NCBI GenBank assembly: GCA_965247095.1
Contig: OZ251997.1
Coordinates: forward strand, 96,001 to 160,000
DNA length: 64,000 nt
Reading direction: 5' to 3'
Source of the DNA: Candidatus Multivorans sp.
Lineage (GTDB): Bacteria; Acidobacteriota; Thermoanaerobaculia; Multivoradales; Multivoraceae
The position numbers were made by a program, and so were the translations under genes. Positions 32,051 through 41,426 of this stretch are shown here, piece by piece; the stretch's first letter is position 1; every line of letters starts with the position of its first letter. Below the pieces are notes generated by a model. The model searched no databases and was not told the origin of the DNA. It saw only the letters and a program-made list of their open reading frames with translations.

Positions 32051-32419
32051 GTGAACCGTCTCGACAAATGGCTGCAGGTGGCGCGGATGTTCCGCGCCCG
32101 CTCGAAGGCCGCCGCGGCCTGTACCTCCGGCAAGGTCACGGTGAACGGCCAGCAGGCCAAGCCCCACCGGCGGCTTGCGGTGGGCGATCGCATCGAGATC
32201 AAGGCCCGCGACGACTGGCAGCGGATCCTGGTCGTTCGCGAACTGCGCGATAAGCCGCTGCCGAAGGCCGAGGCGCCGCGGCTATACGAGGACCTGAGCC
32301 CGCCGAAGCCTGAGCCGCCGCCTCGCGACGCGTTCGTGGCGCTGCCGGCGGCCCACCGGAGCCGCGGCGCCGGCCGCCCGACCAAGCGCGACCGGCGGCT
32401 GATCGACCGCTTGCGCTGA
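32051..32419 (+). CDS. hslR: S4-domain ribosome-associated heat shock protein Hsp15
   Basis: RLDKWL..R.F..RS.A...C..GKV.VNG..AKP and C-terminal GRPTKRDRR. Confidence 0.9.
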   Translation: MNRLDKWLQVARMFRARSKAAAACTSGKVTVNGQQAKPHRRLAVGDRIEIKARDDWQRILVVRELRDKPLPKAEAPRLYEDLSPPKPEPPPRDAFVALPAAHRSRGAGRPTKRDRRLIDRLR

Positions 32420-32456
32420 GCGGCGGCAGCGGCGGCCGCGCTACAGTTCCGCCACC

Positions 32457-33133
32457 ATGCCCACATGACGACGGTGTGGAATTACCCGTTCGACCTGGAC
32501 CGCGCCGCCGCGCTGCTCGACGAGGCGGGCTGGCTTTCCGATCCGGACGACGGCTGGCGCTACCAGGAGATCGACGGTCGGAGGATCAAGTTCTCGTTCG
32601 AGTTGGAGATCGCCCAGACCTTTGCCAACGCGGTCAAGATGTCCGACATCTACCGCGAGGACCTGCGCAGCATCGGCGTCGAGCTGACGCTTCGCGTGTT
32701 CGAGAACGCGACCCACGAGCAGCACCTGCTGGAGCACGAGTTCCAGGCCCACGCCGACGCCGACGAGGTGACGACGGACCCGGACCAGTGGTCGATCCGC
32801 CTGCGCTCCACGAGCTACGACAACGCCCGCAACTACGTCGGCTACAAGAGCGAGCGGGTCGACGAACTCCTGGAACGCGGCCGGCGCGAGTTCGACCCAA
32901 AGGCCCGCGCCGCGATCTACCGCGAACTGGCACGCGTGGTCGCCGAGGACCAGCCGTTCACGATGATGTGGAACTACTCCGAGATCAGGGCCTTCAGCAA
33001 GCGCCTCCGCGGCGTCGAGTTCGCGCCCTCCGGCGTGTTCCTGTTCCAGCCAACCCCGCCCCCCGGCAGTGACTGGTGGACCAGCCCCGGCTGGTGGACC
33101 CATCGCGACGACGTGGTGGCGTCCGGCGGCTAG
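32457..33133 (+). pseudogene. C-terminal fragment of an ABC peptide/nickel substrate-binding protein (family 5)
   Basis: YPFDLDRAAALLDEAGW, NYVGY..VDELL and ARAAIYREL..V.EDQP motifs; no signal peptide or N-terminal domains; ATG CCC ACA TGA mini-ORF overlaps ATG 32465. Confidence 0.65.
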
Positions 33134-33242
33134 GCAGCGCGACGGCGGCGGTGGCACCCGCCCGCTCTGGGGCCCAGGAGGGCGCCGGGCAGTGGAGTCG
33201 CATGGCCTTGCAGGATAGCGATGAGTAATGCAGACTAGAAGG

Positions 33243-33575
33243 ATGAATGCACAGCCTCCATCTCGCTTGCCAGAGTCGACCGTTACTTCCCGGGGCCAGA
33301 CGACCCTGCCCAAGGAGGTGCGCGACGCGCTTGACCTGAAAGCGGGGGATCGAGTGCGCTACTTCATCTTGGAAGGCGAGGTTCACATAAGGCCGGTGCT
33401 GCCGATCGAGCGCCTGTACGGCATCTTGGAGTACGACGGGCCGCCGGTGAGTCTGGAGGACATCCAGCGAGGCATCATCGAAGGGGCCTGCCGGAGCGCT
33501 CTGGGCGACGACTGGTCCCCGGAGACAGAGGACGGCACGGACCGCCCGGCTGCCGAGGTTGGGAGTCGCAGGTGA
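33243..33575 (+). CDS. AbrB/MazE/SpoVT family antitoxin
   Basis: STVTSRGQTTLPKEVRDALDLKAGDRV. Confidence 0.88.
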   Translation: MNAQPPSRLPESTVTSRGQTTLPKEVRDALDLKAGDRVRYFILEGEVHIRPVLPIERLYGILEYDGPPVSLEDIQRGIIEGACRSALGDDWSPETEDGTDRPAAEVGSRR

Positions 33576-33988
33576 TAGCGCTCGACACCAACGTCCTGCT
33601 TCGGTTTCTCCTCCGGGATGACGAAGAGCAGGCGGAGGCAGCCGCAAGGCTATTGCGACGGTTGACCCTGGAAGATCCGGGCTTCGTCAGCCGCGAAGTC
33701 CTGGTGGAGTTGGTCTGGGCTCTGGAGTACACCTACCGGTATAGCCGCGACCAGGTGGCGACCGTCTTGAATGAACTGTTGAACGTCGCGGCCTTGCAGA
33801 TCGAGTGGGCTAGTGAGGTAGTGGAGGCGGCCGGTGGCTATCGTCTCGGCGGCGCCGACTTCGCGGACCGCATGATCGCGGCCGCGGCGAGACGAGCCGG
33901 CGCCGTGCCGCTCTACACCTTCGACCGCGAAGCGGCGCGGCTCCCGGACGTCACTCTGGTTGAGCCGCTTCAGCCCGCTTCTCGTTAG
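33572..33988 (+). CDS. vapC: VapC/PIN toxin
   Basis: IALDTNVLLR, VLVELVW, DFADRMI and YTFD motifs; GTGA coupling to the antitoxin. Confidence 0.9.
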   Translation: MIALDTNVLLRFLLRDDEEQAEAAARLLRRLTLEDPGFVSREVLVELVWALEYTYRYSRDQVATVLNELLNVAALQIEWASEVVEAAGGYRLGGADFADRMIAAAARRAGAVPLYTFDREAARLPDVTLVEPLQPASR

Positions 33989-34907
33989 CGCGGGCGTACT
34001 CGAGGATGTTGAGTAGGCCGTAGTTGCCTTCGTGGCAGGCGTACTCGAAGAGTGCCTGATCCGACCGCTTCATCTCGAGACGGGCGCTCCAGGGGCGGTT
34101 GAAGGACTCCGGGTCGTCGATCGTGTACTCGTAGATGAGGGTGGTGTGGTCGAAGCGGGTGAAGCGCTCGACGAGGCGCATGTTGCCGCCTGAGCCCTGG
34201 AAGCTGATCCGGGGATCGAAGTTGCGGGTTTCGACGACTAGGGTTTCGCGGTCCCAGTAGCCCCGGGAGTCGCCCTTGAACTGCCGCAGGTGCTCGGGGA
34301 GGCGGGGCTGATCGTCGAGGGGGACGATCCGGGTTTCGTGGACCATCTCGTTCAGGAGCGCGACGGTGTCCTCGGTCACCAGGATCAGCACGTTGTTGTT
34401 GTAGGCCCCCGGGTTCATCGGCGGTCCGGCGTTGAAACCCATCAGGCAGCGTTCCCAGAGGTTGCGGTCCTCCGGTCCGGCCGGCGGCCGCGCGCGCCGG
34501 TCGCGTCGTTCCTGGGCTCGCCGTCTGCCGTTCTCGGTCATCGGCGGGATGCGGCCGTTGGGCGGGTCGAAGATCAGCGATGTACGGCGTGACTCCTGCA
34601 CGTTGCGGCCGTGGTCGAGCCAGTAGGGCGCATGGACGCTAGGGCTCCGCTTCTGCGCCTCCGCGCGACGCTCGATCGTGTCGCGTTCGAACTGGCTCGC
34701 CTGTTCGGCGGTGAAGTACTCCCGCTCCGCGTAGGCCGACGGCCGCTGCAGCGGTGTAGCGGTGGCGAAGTCCCACAGGCCGTCGATGTCGCCCGGCGGT
34801 GGCCCGCTGGAGCCCGCCTGGGCTACGATCGGCGCGCCGAAGGGCGCGGCCAGGAGAAGGGCCGCTGCCAGAGCGATTGGAACGCGCGGACGTTTGCGGT
34901 GAAGCAC
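33951..34907 (-). CDS. Secreted hypothetical protein (EYACHEGN family)
   Basis: Signal peptide; TPLQRP, TSLIFDPPNGRIP, ERC, GDSRGYWD.ETLVVET, ERFTR and EYACHEGN motifs. Confidence 0.75.
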   Translation of the reverse strand: MLHRKRPRVPIALAAALLLAAPFGAPIVAQAGSSGPPPGDIDGLWDFATATPLQRPSAYAEREYFTAEQASQFERDTIERRAEAQKRSPSVHAPYWLDHGRNVQESRRTSLIFDPPNGRIPPMTENGRRRAQERRDRRARPPAGPEDRNLWERCLMGFNAGPPMNPGAYNNNVLILVTEDTVALLNEMVHETRIVPLDDQPRLPEHLRQFKGDSRGYWDRETLVVETRNFDPRISFQGSGGNMRLVERFTRFDHTTLIYEYTIDDPESFNRPWSARLEMKRSDQALFEYACHEGNYGLLNILEYARANEKRAEAAQPE

Positions 34908-34966
34908 CGTCGTTCAGGATAGCGCCAACCGGGTTCCCAGGCTCTTCGCTATAGGCTCTGCCGCCC

Positions 34967-35650
34967 ATGACGCGGCCGCTCACCCTGGTCATCGGCAACA
35001 AGAACTACTCGTCCTGGTCGCTCCGGCCTTGGGCGCTGATGACCCAACTCGGCATCCCGCTCGCGGAGCGGATGCTGAAGTTCGACTCCGAGGATTGGGA
35101 GGAGAACATCGACGCGCTGTCGCCGACGCGCCTCGTGCCGGTGCTTTGGGAGGGCGAGCCTGGGCAGGGTTTCGCCACCTTCGACACCTCCGCGATCGTC
35201 GAGCGGCTGGCCGACCTGTACCCCGACCGCGGCATCTGGCCGGCGGAGGGCCGAGCCCGTGCACGGGCGCGATCCCTGGTTGCGACCTTCCACTCCGGCT
35301 ACGCAGCGCTACGCTCGGCGATGCCGATGAACATCCGCTCGAGCTATCCGGCCAAGGGCCAGGAGCCCGAGGTCATGGCCGAGATCGACCGGCTGACGGC
35401 CCTGTGGCGCGCCGCCCGTGCCGAGTTCGGCGGGGGAGGGCCGTTCCTGTTTGGCGCCTTCTCGGCCGCCGACGCCTACTTCCTGCCGGTCGCCTCGCGG
35501 TTCGCGACGTACGAGCCGCCGCTGGACCGCGAAGCCGCGGACTACTGCCGGGCGCTGCTCGACACGAAGGCGATGCGCGAGTGGAGCGGCGCGGCGCGGC
35601 TGGAGACGGAGTTTGTGCCCGAGGACGAGCCCTACGCTGATCCGCCCTGA
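34967..35650 (+). CDS. Glutathione S-transferase family protein
   Basis: IGNKNYSSWSLRPW, SPT..VPVL and FLFGAFSAADA motifs. Confidence 0.93.
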   Translation: MTRPLTLVIGNKNYSSWSLRPWALMTQLGIPLAERMLKFDSEDWEENIDALSPTRLVPVLWEGEPGQGFATFDTSAIVERLADLYPDRGIWPAEGRARARARSLVATFHSGYAALRSAMPMNIRSSYPAKGQEPEVMAEIDRLTALWRAARAEFGGGGPFLFGAFSAADAYFLPVASRFATYEPPLDREAADYCRALLDTKAMREWSGAARLETEFVPEDEPYADPP

Positions 35651-35657
35651 GGAGACG

Positions 35658-36166
35658 TCACGGAAGAACCAGGGGCCCCAGCCAGAGGGCCCACAGGGGA
35701 ATACCCAGAGCCACGCCGAGCAACGGCGGGCCGACGGCCCGCAGCCTCTGGCCGCGAGGAAAGGCGGTCACCAGGAACCAATATCCGAGCAGCACGCAGC
35801 CGAGCCGACGGCCACTTGCCACGGTTCGGCAATCGCCGCAGCAGCCTCCAGGTCTCCCGCGCGCCAGAGCCTCCTGAACTGCCCGGAACCGGCCCAACTG
35901 GCAGAGGAGAACCGCAGGGCTGTTTCGGGAAACCCGCACGCGACGTACGCACTGAAGTGCCCGAGTTCGTGAAGCAGGATCCCGATTGGAGCGGCGATCG
36001 CGCCGCCAACCAAGCCGGCCAACCACTTGCCGCCTCGCAACCAATGCCGCATCGAGGTCGGAGCTGCCCCGGGGCGCGCCGCCAGGTCACGGTCGACCGC
36101 CGTGCGTTGCTGGGCCTCGCCGGGGGAATCCTGTTCGGCTGAGTGGAGACTGTTGATGTCCGGCAT
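35658..36166 (-). pseudogene. Frameshifted or internally deleted HExxH membrane metalloprotease (M50-like)
   Basis: TM segment plus LLHELGH in one frame; hydrophobic C-terminus (VLLGYWFLV...PLWALWLGPLVLP*) in another frame; junction near 35795. Confidence 0.5.
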
Positions 36167-36205
36167 GATCTCCTCCCAGGAGGTACCCGTCTCGGTCTTT
36201 CGCCC

Positions 36206-36380
36206 TTAGAGAGCCCGGTCCAATTCGAGCACGAGGGCGACGATCACATCGTGAAGCCGGTTCATCGCGGTTTCGCTGGCACGTTCGATGCTGTCCTCGG
36301 CCGTGTGAATGACTCGGAAGATGTCGGGCACGAAGTCCCCGTCCTCGTCCTGAACGTAGGCGCGAGAGCCGCATGCCCCT
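36206..36380 (-). pseudogene. Orphan 3' remnant resembling an M28 peptidase C-terminus
   Basis: Hand translation ...FRVIHTAEDSIERASETAMNRLHDVIVALVLELDRAL*; no start codon upstream of the motif. Confidence 0.4.
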
Positions 36381-36387
36381 CCGGGGC

Positions 36388-37239
36388 CTACCCCGAACCC
36401 TCGCCCACGATCAGATCCACCTGGTCCTGCGGCGCGTAGAAGTACGAGCCGGGCCGGAACTCGTAGCCGAGGTCGCCGAGTAGGCGCCGCTGCCTCGGCG
36501 TGCAGCGCTCGAGGATCTCAGGCGTAGGCTCGGGGTCATACGTACGCAGGAACAACTGGCAGTAGTTGTAGAGGATCGTCTTGCGAGCGCGCGGGGAGGC
36601 GTTGACCGACGGGCCGTGCCACAGGGAGTGGGGAAAGAGGATGCAGTCGCCGGCTTTGCCGGCGAGCTGGACCGCGCCCGGGGTCTTCGGCTCCGGCGCC
36701 GGGTACGGGCGGTCGGGGAAGGGACGCATGTGGCTGCCGGGGAAGACGGTGAAGTTGCCGCAGTCGTCATCCGTGACATCGGAGAGCAGGTAGAGCGCCT
36801 TCATCGCCAGAGGCAGGCTCGTCTCGGTGACGCGGATGCGGCGCAGCGCTTCGCCGCCGTCGGTGTGGGTGTAGCCGGGCCACTTGGGATTGGACGGGCG
36901 GACGATCGCCTGGCTCATGCTTAGCACGACATAGGGCCCCATGATGTCGGTGACCAGGTCGAAAACGGGCGAAGAGTCCATCAGGTGGAGGAACGCCTGG
37001 TCGTAGTGGAGCAGGACGCGGCGGTCCATGAAGCCCTCGGGATCCCGCTCGATGGCGTGGTCGAGCCAGGCGTAGTGGCCGAGCGGTCCGTCCGGGTTGG
37101 GTTCCCAGCCGGGGAGCTGGCGGACGCGGTCGAGTTCGGCGTCGAAGAACGCGACTTGGTCCGGTGACAGCGCCTGTTCGACGCGGATGTAGCCGTCGAT
37201 GGCCCATTGTTCGCGCTGGGCCTGGGTCAGTTTCTGCAT
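36388..37239 (-). CDS. Phytanoyl-CoA dioxygenase (PhyH) family Fe(II)/2OG oxygenase
   Basis: HTD, GNFTVFPGSH, AGDCILF...WH and R motifs. Confidence 0.88.
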   Translation of the reverse strand: MQKLTQAQREQWAIDGYIRVEQALSPDQVAFFDAELDRVRQLPGWEPNPDGPLGHYAWLDHAIERDPEGFMDRRVLLHYDQAFLHLMDSSPVFDLVTDIMGPYVVLSMSQAIVRPSNPKWPGYTHTDGGEALRRIRVTETSLPLAMKALYLLSDVTDDDCGNFTVFPGSHMRPFPDRPYPAPEPKTPGAVQLAGKAGDCILFPHSLWHGPSVNASPRARKTILYNYCQLFLRTYDPEPTPEILERCTPRQRRLLGDLGYEFRPGSYFYAPQDQVDLIVGEGSG

Positions 37240-37336
37240 GACAGGTGCCTCCTGCTGCGGGCCCGGTCAGTCTGCCTCGGCCCGCGTCGCTTGCTTCGGA
37301 CGTGTGGCCTGAGAATATGCCGCGGGCCGCCGGAGG

Positions 37337-38404
37337 TTACTCTTGACCTTCGGCGCTGCCGGCTCTTTCCGCGGCCTCCGCTGCGTTGCGCGCGCGTTCC
37401 TCGGCCCCGGGGTGGCTGGCCAGCCAGTTGGGAACGCCCCCGGCGGTATGGGCCTTTTCGAGTCGCTTCAGGAAGTCGCCCAGACGTGTCGGCGCGATGC
37501 CGGCTCCAAGCAGGTAGTCGAAGGCGAACTGGTCGGCGTCGCGCTCGAAGGTGCGCGAGTAGCGCTGTGCGAGCAACCGCTCCGGCGCCAGGATGGACAG
37601 CGTGGCGACCGACGCATCTCCGGTGAACGCGGTCCACAGGACGAGCATCGAGGAGGTCTGGGCGAGTCGCCGCATGACGTGGCGCCCCGACACGTGCCCG
37701 ACTTCGTGGGCGAGGACCGCGACGATCTCCTCGTCGTTCTCGGCCAGTTCGGCCAGTTCGTCGGTGAGGACGACAGTGCCCCCCGGCAGGGCAAAGAGGT
37801 TCGGGCCGAATCCGGGTGCGGAGAAGAAGCCGAGGTGTGCAGCCTCGACGCCGGTGTCGTCCTTCATCTTGGAGAAGGCGCTCAGGATGTCGTTCTGCTG
37901 TTTCTGATCGAGTTCGGTGGGAGCGAGGGCGTCGAGTTGGAGCAGCAGGGTCATCAGGTTCTCGCCGATGACCGCTTCGACCTCGGGAGGCGTCGCCGCG
38001 ACGACGACCGTGGCCACCGCCGGCGCTCCCCATTCCGTGAACGAGTACAGGATCGCCGCCGTGACCGCCAGCGCCGCCGCCGCTCCGCGCCAGGTGCTGT
38101 CGAGTCGGTGGAGAAGCCGCTCAAAGCGCCGGCCGAGTGGTTGGGGACCGTCTTCGGCGCGGACCTGCATTGCGTCCAACGCGTCGTTATCGCGCACTTC
38201 GCACGAGGCACCGTCGGGCAGGCGGATGTGCCGCGGAGTGTTGGCGATGCGGTTGGGAATCCGGACATCCGCCAAGGGGTGGAGCCGGCGCGAGTCGATG
38301 CCGTCGATGGCGACGATCAAGTCGCCGTCGAGGCTGATCGATAACTCCGCATCTCGGGGAGTCGAGGTGCGACCGTCGTAGTAGTGGCAGGCAACCGCGC
38401 TCAT
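37337..38404 (-). CDS. M48 family metallopeptidase
   Basis: YYDG N-terminus; NLFALPGG, LAHEVGH, YSRTFERDAD and SHP motifs; ATGA overlap with yjgN. Confidence 0.9.
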   Translation of the reverse strand: MSAVACHYYDGRTSTPRDAELSISLDGDLIVAIDGIDSRRLHPLADVRIPNRIANTPRHIRLPDGASCEVRDNDALDAMQVRAEDGPQPLGRRFERLLHRLDSTWRGAAAALAVTAAILYSFTEWGAPAVATVVVAATPPEVEAVIGENLMTLLLQLDALAPTELDQKQQNDILSAFSKMKDDTGVEAAHLGFFSAPGFGPNLFALPGGTVVLTDELAELAENDEEIVAVLAHEVGHVSGRHVMRRLAQTSSMLVLWTAFTGDASVATLSILAPERLLAQRYSRTFERDADQFAFDYLLGAGIAPTRLGDFLKRLEKAHTAGGVPNWLASHPGAEERARNAAEAAERAGSAEGQE

Positions 38405-39591
38405 ATCCCGATCTCCAGGCCGAACTCGCCCGCCGCCTCGGCGCCGGTGGCGCCCAGACGCTGAGCCTCGCCGGCTTCGAACGTGACCTCGCCCACGGGC
38501 TGCATGACGAGGAACTGATCCACGACGTAGCGCAGCACGCGGATCCTGGCGAAGGGCGCGAACAGGCCGAAGGTGGCGATGATCAGGGCGGTGTTGCTGG
38601 CATAGAGCCACAACATGGTTCCGAAGGAGAGTTGCAGGATGAAGTCGCTTTCGCCGAGTTGGGTGCAACTCCAGCGGTAGCTGAGCAAGCGAGTGCGTAT
38701 GTAGACGAACGAGACCAGCCCCACCAGCGCGAAGAACACCGGCATGACGAAGTTCGCCGCGGGAGATTGCGCTTCAGAATCGGGATTGAAGGTCAGGCTG
38801 ATGAGAACGAAGCAGGAGCCGATGAACAGAATCATGGTCAGCACCCAGACGACCACGTAGACGCCGTAGTAGGGATTGGCTTCGCCGATGAAGCGGAACG
38901 GTTTGTTGCCGAAGCGAGACTCGGTGATGAGGAAGCGGTCGCGGCCGAAGACCCTGAATGGCCAGGCCAGCCCCAGGGTGACCATGGACGCAACGGCCAT
39001 CAGCGGATACCAGACGGCGGCGTCCCAGTACCGCCCCTTGAAGTCGAAGGAGATGCCGCGGTACCTGGAGTTGCGGAGTTGGAAAGTTCGCGCGCGGACC
39101 ACGACCCAGGGCACGAGCGGCGCCAGCACGGCCAGCGCGGCGTAGTAGTACAGGATGGACAGGATCTGGGCGAACCAGAGCAGCACCAGCACGATGGCGA
39201 CCAGGATCCGACCCCTGAGAATCGCCACCGGATTCGCCGTGTAGTCGAAGGCCGCGTCGCCGAGCCAGATGTGGCCGTACAGGTAGCGCCGCGTCCGCAC
39301 CTTCGCCCAGGCCGAGTAGATGCCGAGCGTCAGCAACGTCAGCGCGACGTTGACGATCCAGATGCGGAAGTACTCCCAGCCGTCGGCGGTGCAGCGCAGC
39401 CGCCGAGTCTGGGACTCGGAGGTAGCCGGCGCCACCGGTGCGTGGTCGTCGGCGCCGGCCGCGAGCACCTCACCGATAGCGCTTCCGAAGGAAGCGGCAG
39501 AAGACAGCGACCATGCCTCGGCTGCGGCGCCGGGGTCTACCCCGGAACCCGCGCCCGCGTCGATGCCGTCGCCCTGTCTTTCCTCGTTCAT
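38401..39591 (-). CDS. yjgN: YjgN/DUF898 family inner membrane protein
   Basis: EYFRIWIVNVALTLLTLGIYSAWAKVRTRRY. Confidence 0.88.
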   Translation of the reverse strand: MNEERQGDGIDAGAGSGVDPGAAAEAWSLSSAASFGSAIGEVLAAGADDHAPVAPATSESQTRRLRCTADGWEYFRIWIVNVALTLLTLGIYSAWAKVRTRRYLYGHIWLGDAAFDYTANPVAILRGRILVAIVLVLLWFAQILSILYYYAALAVLAPLVPWVVVRARTFQLRNSRYRGISFDFKGRYWDAAVWYPLMAVASMVTLGLAWPFRVFGRDRFLITESRFGNKPFRFIGEANPYYGVYVVVWVLTMILFIGSCFVLISLTFNPDSEAQSPAANFVMPVFFALVGLVSFVYIRTRLLSYRWSCTQLGESDFILQLSFGTMLWLYASNTALIIATFGLFAPFARIRVLRYVVDQFLVMQPVGEVTFEAGEAQRLGATGAEAAGEFGLEIGI

Positions 39592-39910
39592 GGAACGGTT
39601 CGTTGACGAATCGTAGAGGAGAAACGGCCCGTGGATCGAGGCGATTCCAGTCCGCCGGGTTCGACGGTGCTCGAAACAGCCCGGCGGGAGCTTTGGATCC
39701 TCGCACCCGCCAAACCTCGTGGTCGACCGTAACCCTCTTTGTTCTCAGAGGTTGCGCAAAGCCACCGAGGCGATATCCTGGGTCTTGGCGTCGTCGCCTG
39801 CGCCGTTCTTCGCCAACCCGTTCGGGTATCATGCCGGCACAGATTTCGGGCAGCGAGCCGGCTTGGCGGTCACCGGCGGGCCTCGCGGCGGACAGCCAGC
39901 GGAGGATGAG

Positions 39911-41416
39911 ATGAAGGGTTCTGCACCGATCGGCTCAGCAGCTCGCGCGGGAACGAGGCGCGGCGTACGGAACAGGCGGCGAACGGATCGAGGCCGTGCG
40001 TGTCTGGCCGTCCTGGCGCTCGCCTTGGCGGCGGCGCCGGCGTGGACCCAGGAGACGGCTGAGCCCAGCGAACTCGACCGGGTGCTGGCACTGCACTACG
40101 AAGCTCGGGGCGGCCTCGAGAAGTTGCGCGCGATTCAGGGAGCGAGGGCCACCGGGACGATGTCGGTGCAGGGTATGGAGGCCCCGTTCACGATTCACCT
40201 GCGTCGGCCGAATCAAGTTCGGGTGGAAGGCGACTTCGGCGGCATGACGCGGATCCAGGCCTTCGATGGCGAGCAGGCGTGGGGCCAGCAGCCCGGCCAG
40301 CCCAAGCCGGCCGCCTTCGAAGGAGATCTGGCGGCTGCGCAGGCCGCCGACGCCGCGCTGAGCAGCCCCTGGTTCGAGTACCGGCAGCCGGGTTACCAGG
40401 TGGAACTTGCGGGCCGCGAAGAGATCGAGAGTGGTGAAGCCTGGAAGCTCGTGGTCACCGCGCCTGGCGGTGTGACGCAGCAGGTCTTTATCGGCACGGA
40501 AGACGGGCTGGAGAAGAAGAGGGGCTCCAAGGCGGACTTCGGATTCGGCCTGGAGGATACGGCGACTCGGTTCGAAGACTACCGGGAGGTCGACGGCCTG
40601 ATGCTGGCGCACCGGCAGATCCTGGTCAGTTCGATGGGTGAGATGCCCTTGACCCTCGATTCCTACGAGATCAACCCGGAGATCGATCCCGACATCTTCT
40701 TCATGCCTGGTCAGATGGCCAACGCCGCTCTCGGCCAGGACGACGTGCTGTCGCGTTATCGGAACTCACGCGGCGCCTCGGCCGCCGAGGTCGAGACGGT
40801 GAGCGCCACCGGCACCGTCGTGATGCTCGGCTTCGAAGTGCCGATGACGATGGCCTTCGCGCGTCCCAGCTCGTTCCGGATCGACATCGACTTGCAGGGC
40901 CTGACGATGATCCTGGCCTACGACGGCGAAACGGCTTGGAACGTGTCGCCGATGCAGGGCATCATCGACCCCGCGCCGCTGCCGGAGGAGATGGTCGGTG
41001 CGGTGGCGATCCTGTCCGACTTCCTGTGGGGCATGCTCGCGAACACCGAGGAGCGCGGCTTCGAGGTGTCGCTGGCCGGTATCGAGAAGGTCGAGCGCGA
41101 CGAGACCTACCGGCTGGACGTTGCGACCGCGGACGGTGAAGCGCGCGTGCTCTACCTGGGCGGCGAGGACTTCCTGGAACGGCGAATCGTTTTCGACGGG
41201 TCGTTCCTGGGGTCGAGCGGAGAGCTCGAAGTGACGATCAGCGACTACATGGACGTGGGTGGATTGAAGGTGCCCGGGAAGATTCGGATCGCCGTCGAGG
41301 GCCAGGTCGCCGCCGAGTTGAGGATCCAGGAAGCCGAAGCCGGTGCGGAGGTCGATCCCGCATCGTTTACCATGCCCGCTCCCGCCGACCCGGAGACGCC
41401 GGGTCCGGCTCTCTAG
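39911..41416 (+). CDS. Secreted protein with two tandem LolA-like (outer-membrane lipoprotein-sorting-like) domains
   Basis: Signal peptide; two homologous halves (ARGG..ATGT...RP...FDGEQAW...EDYREVDGL and SRG..ATGT...RP...YDGETAW...SDYMDVGGL). Confidence 0.65.
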   Translation: MKGSAPIGSAARAGTRRGVRNRRRTDRGRACLAVLALALAAAPAWTQETAEPSELDRVLALHYEARGGLEKLRAIQGARATGTMSVQGMEAPFTIHLRRPNQVRVEGDFGGMTRIQAFDGEQAWGQQPGQPKPAAFEGDLAAAQAADAALSSPWFEYRQPGYQVELAGREEIESGEAWKLVVTAPGGVTQQVFIGTEDGLEKKRGSKADFGFGLEDTATRFEDYREVDGLMLAHRQILVSSMGEMPLTLDSYEINPEIDPDIFFMPGQMANAALGQDDVLSRYRNSRGASAAEVETVSATGTVVMLGFEVPMTMAFARPSSFRIDIDLQGLTMILAYDGETAWNVSPMQGIIDPAPLPEEMVGAVAILSDFLWGMLANTEERGFEVSLAGIEKVERDETYRLDVATADGEARVLYLGGEDFLERRIVFDGSFLGSSGELEVTISDYMDVGGLKVPGKIRIAVEGQVAAELRIQEAEAGAEVDPASFTMPAPADPETPGPAL

Positions 41417-41426
41417 GAGCGACCGC

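Noticed and set aside
39600-39900. Cobalamin riboswitch ahead of the TonB receptor
   Set aside because: No recognisable AGGGAA, GCCCCCGCAACTGT or B12-box elements; kept only as an unknown structure
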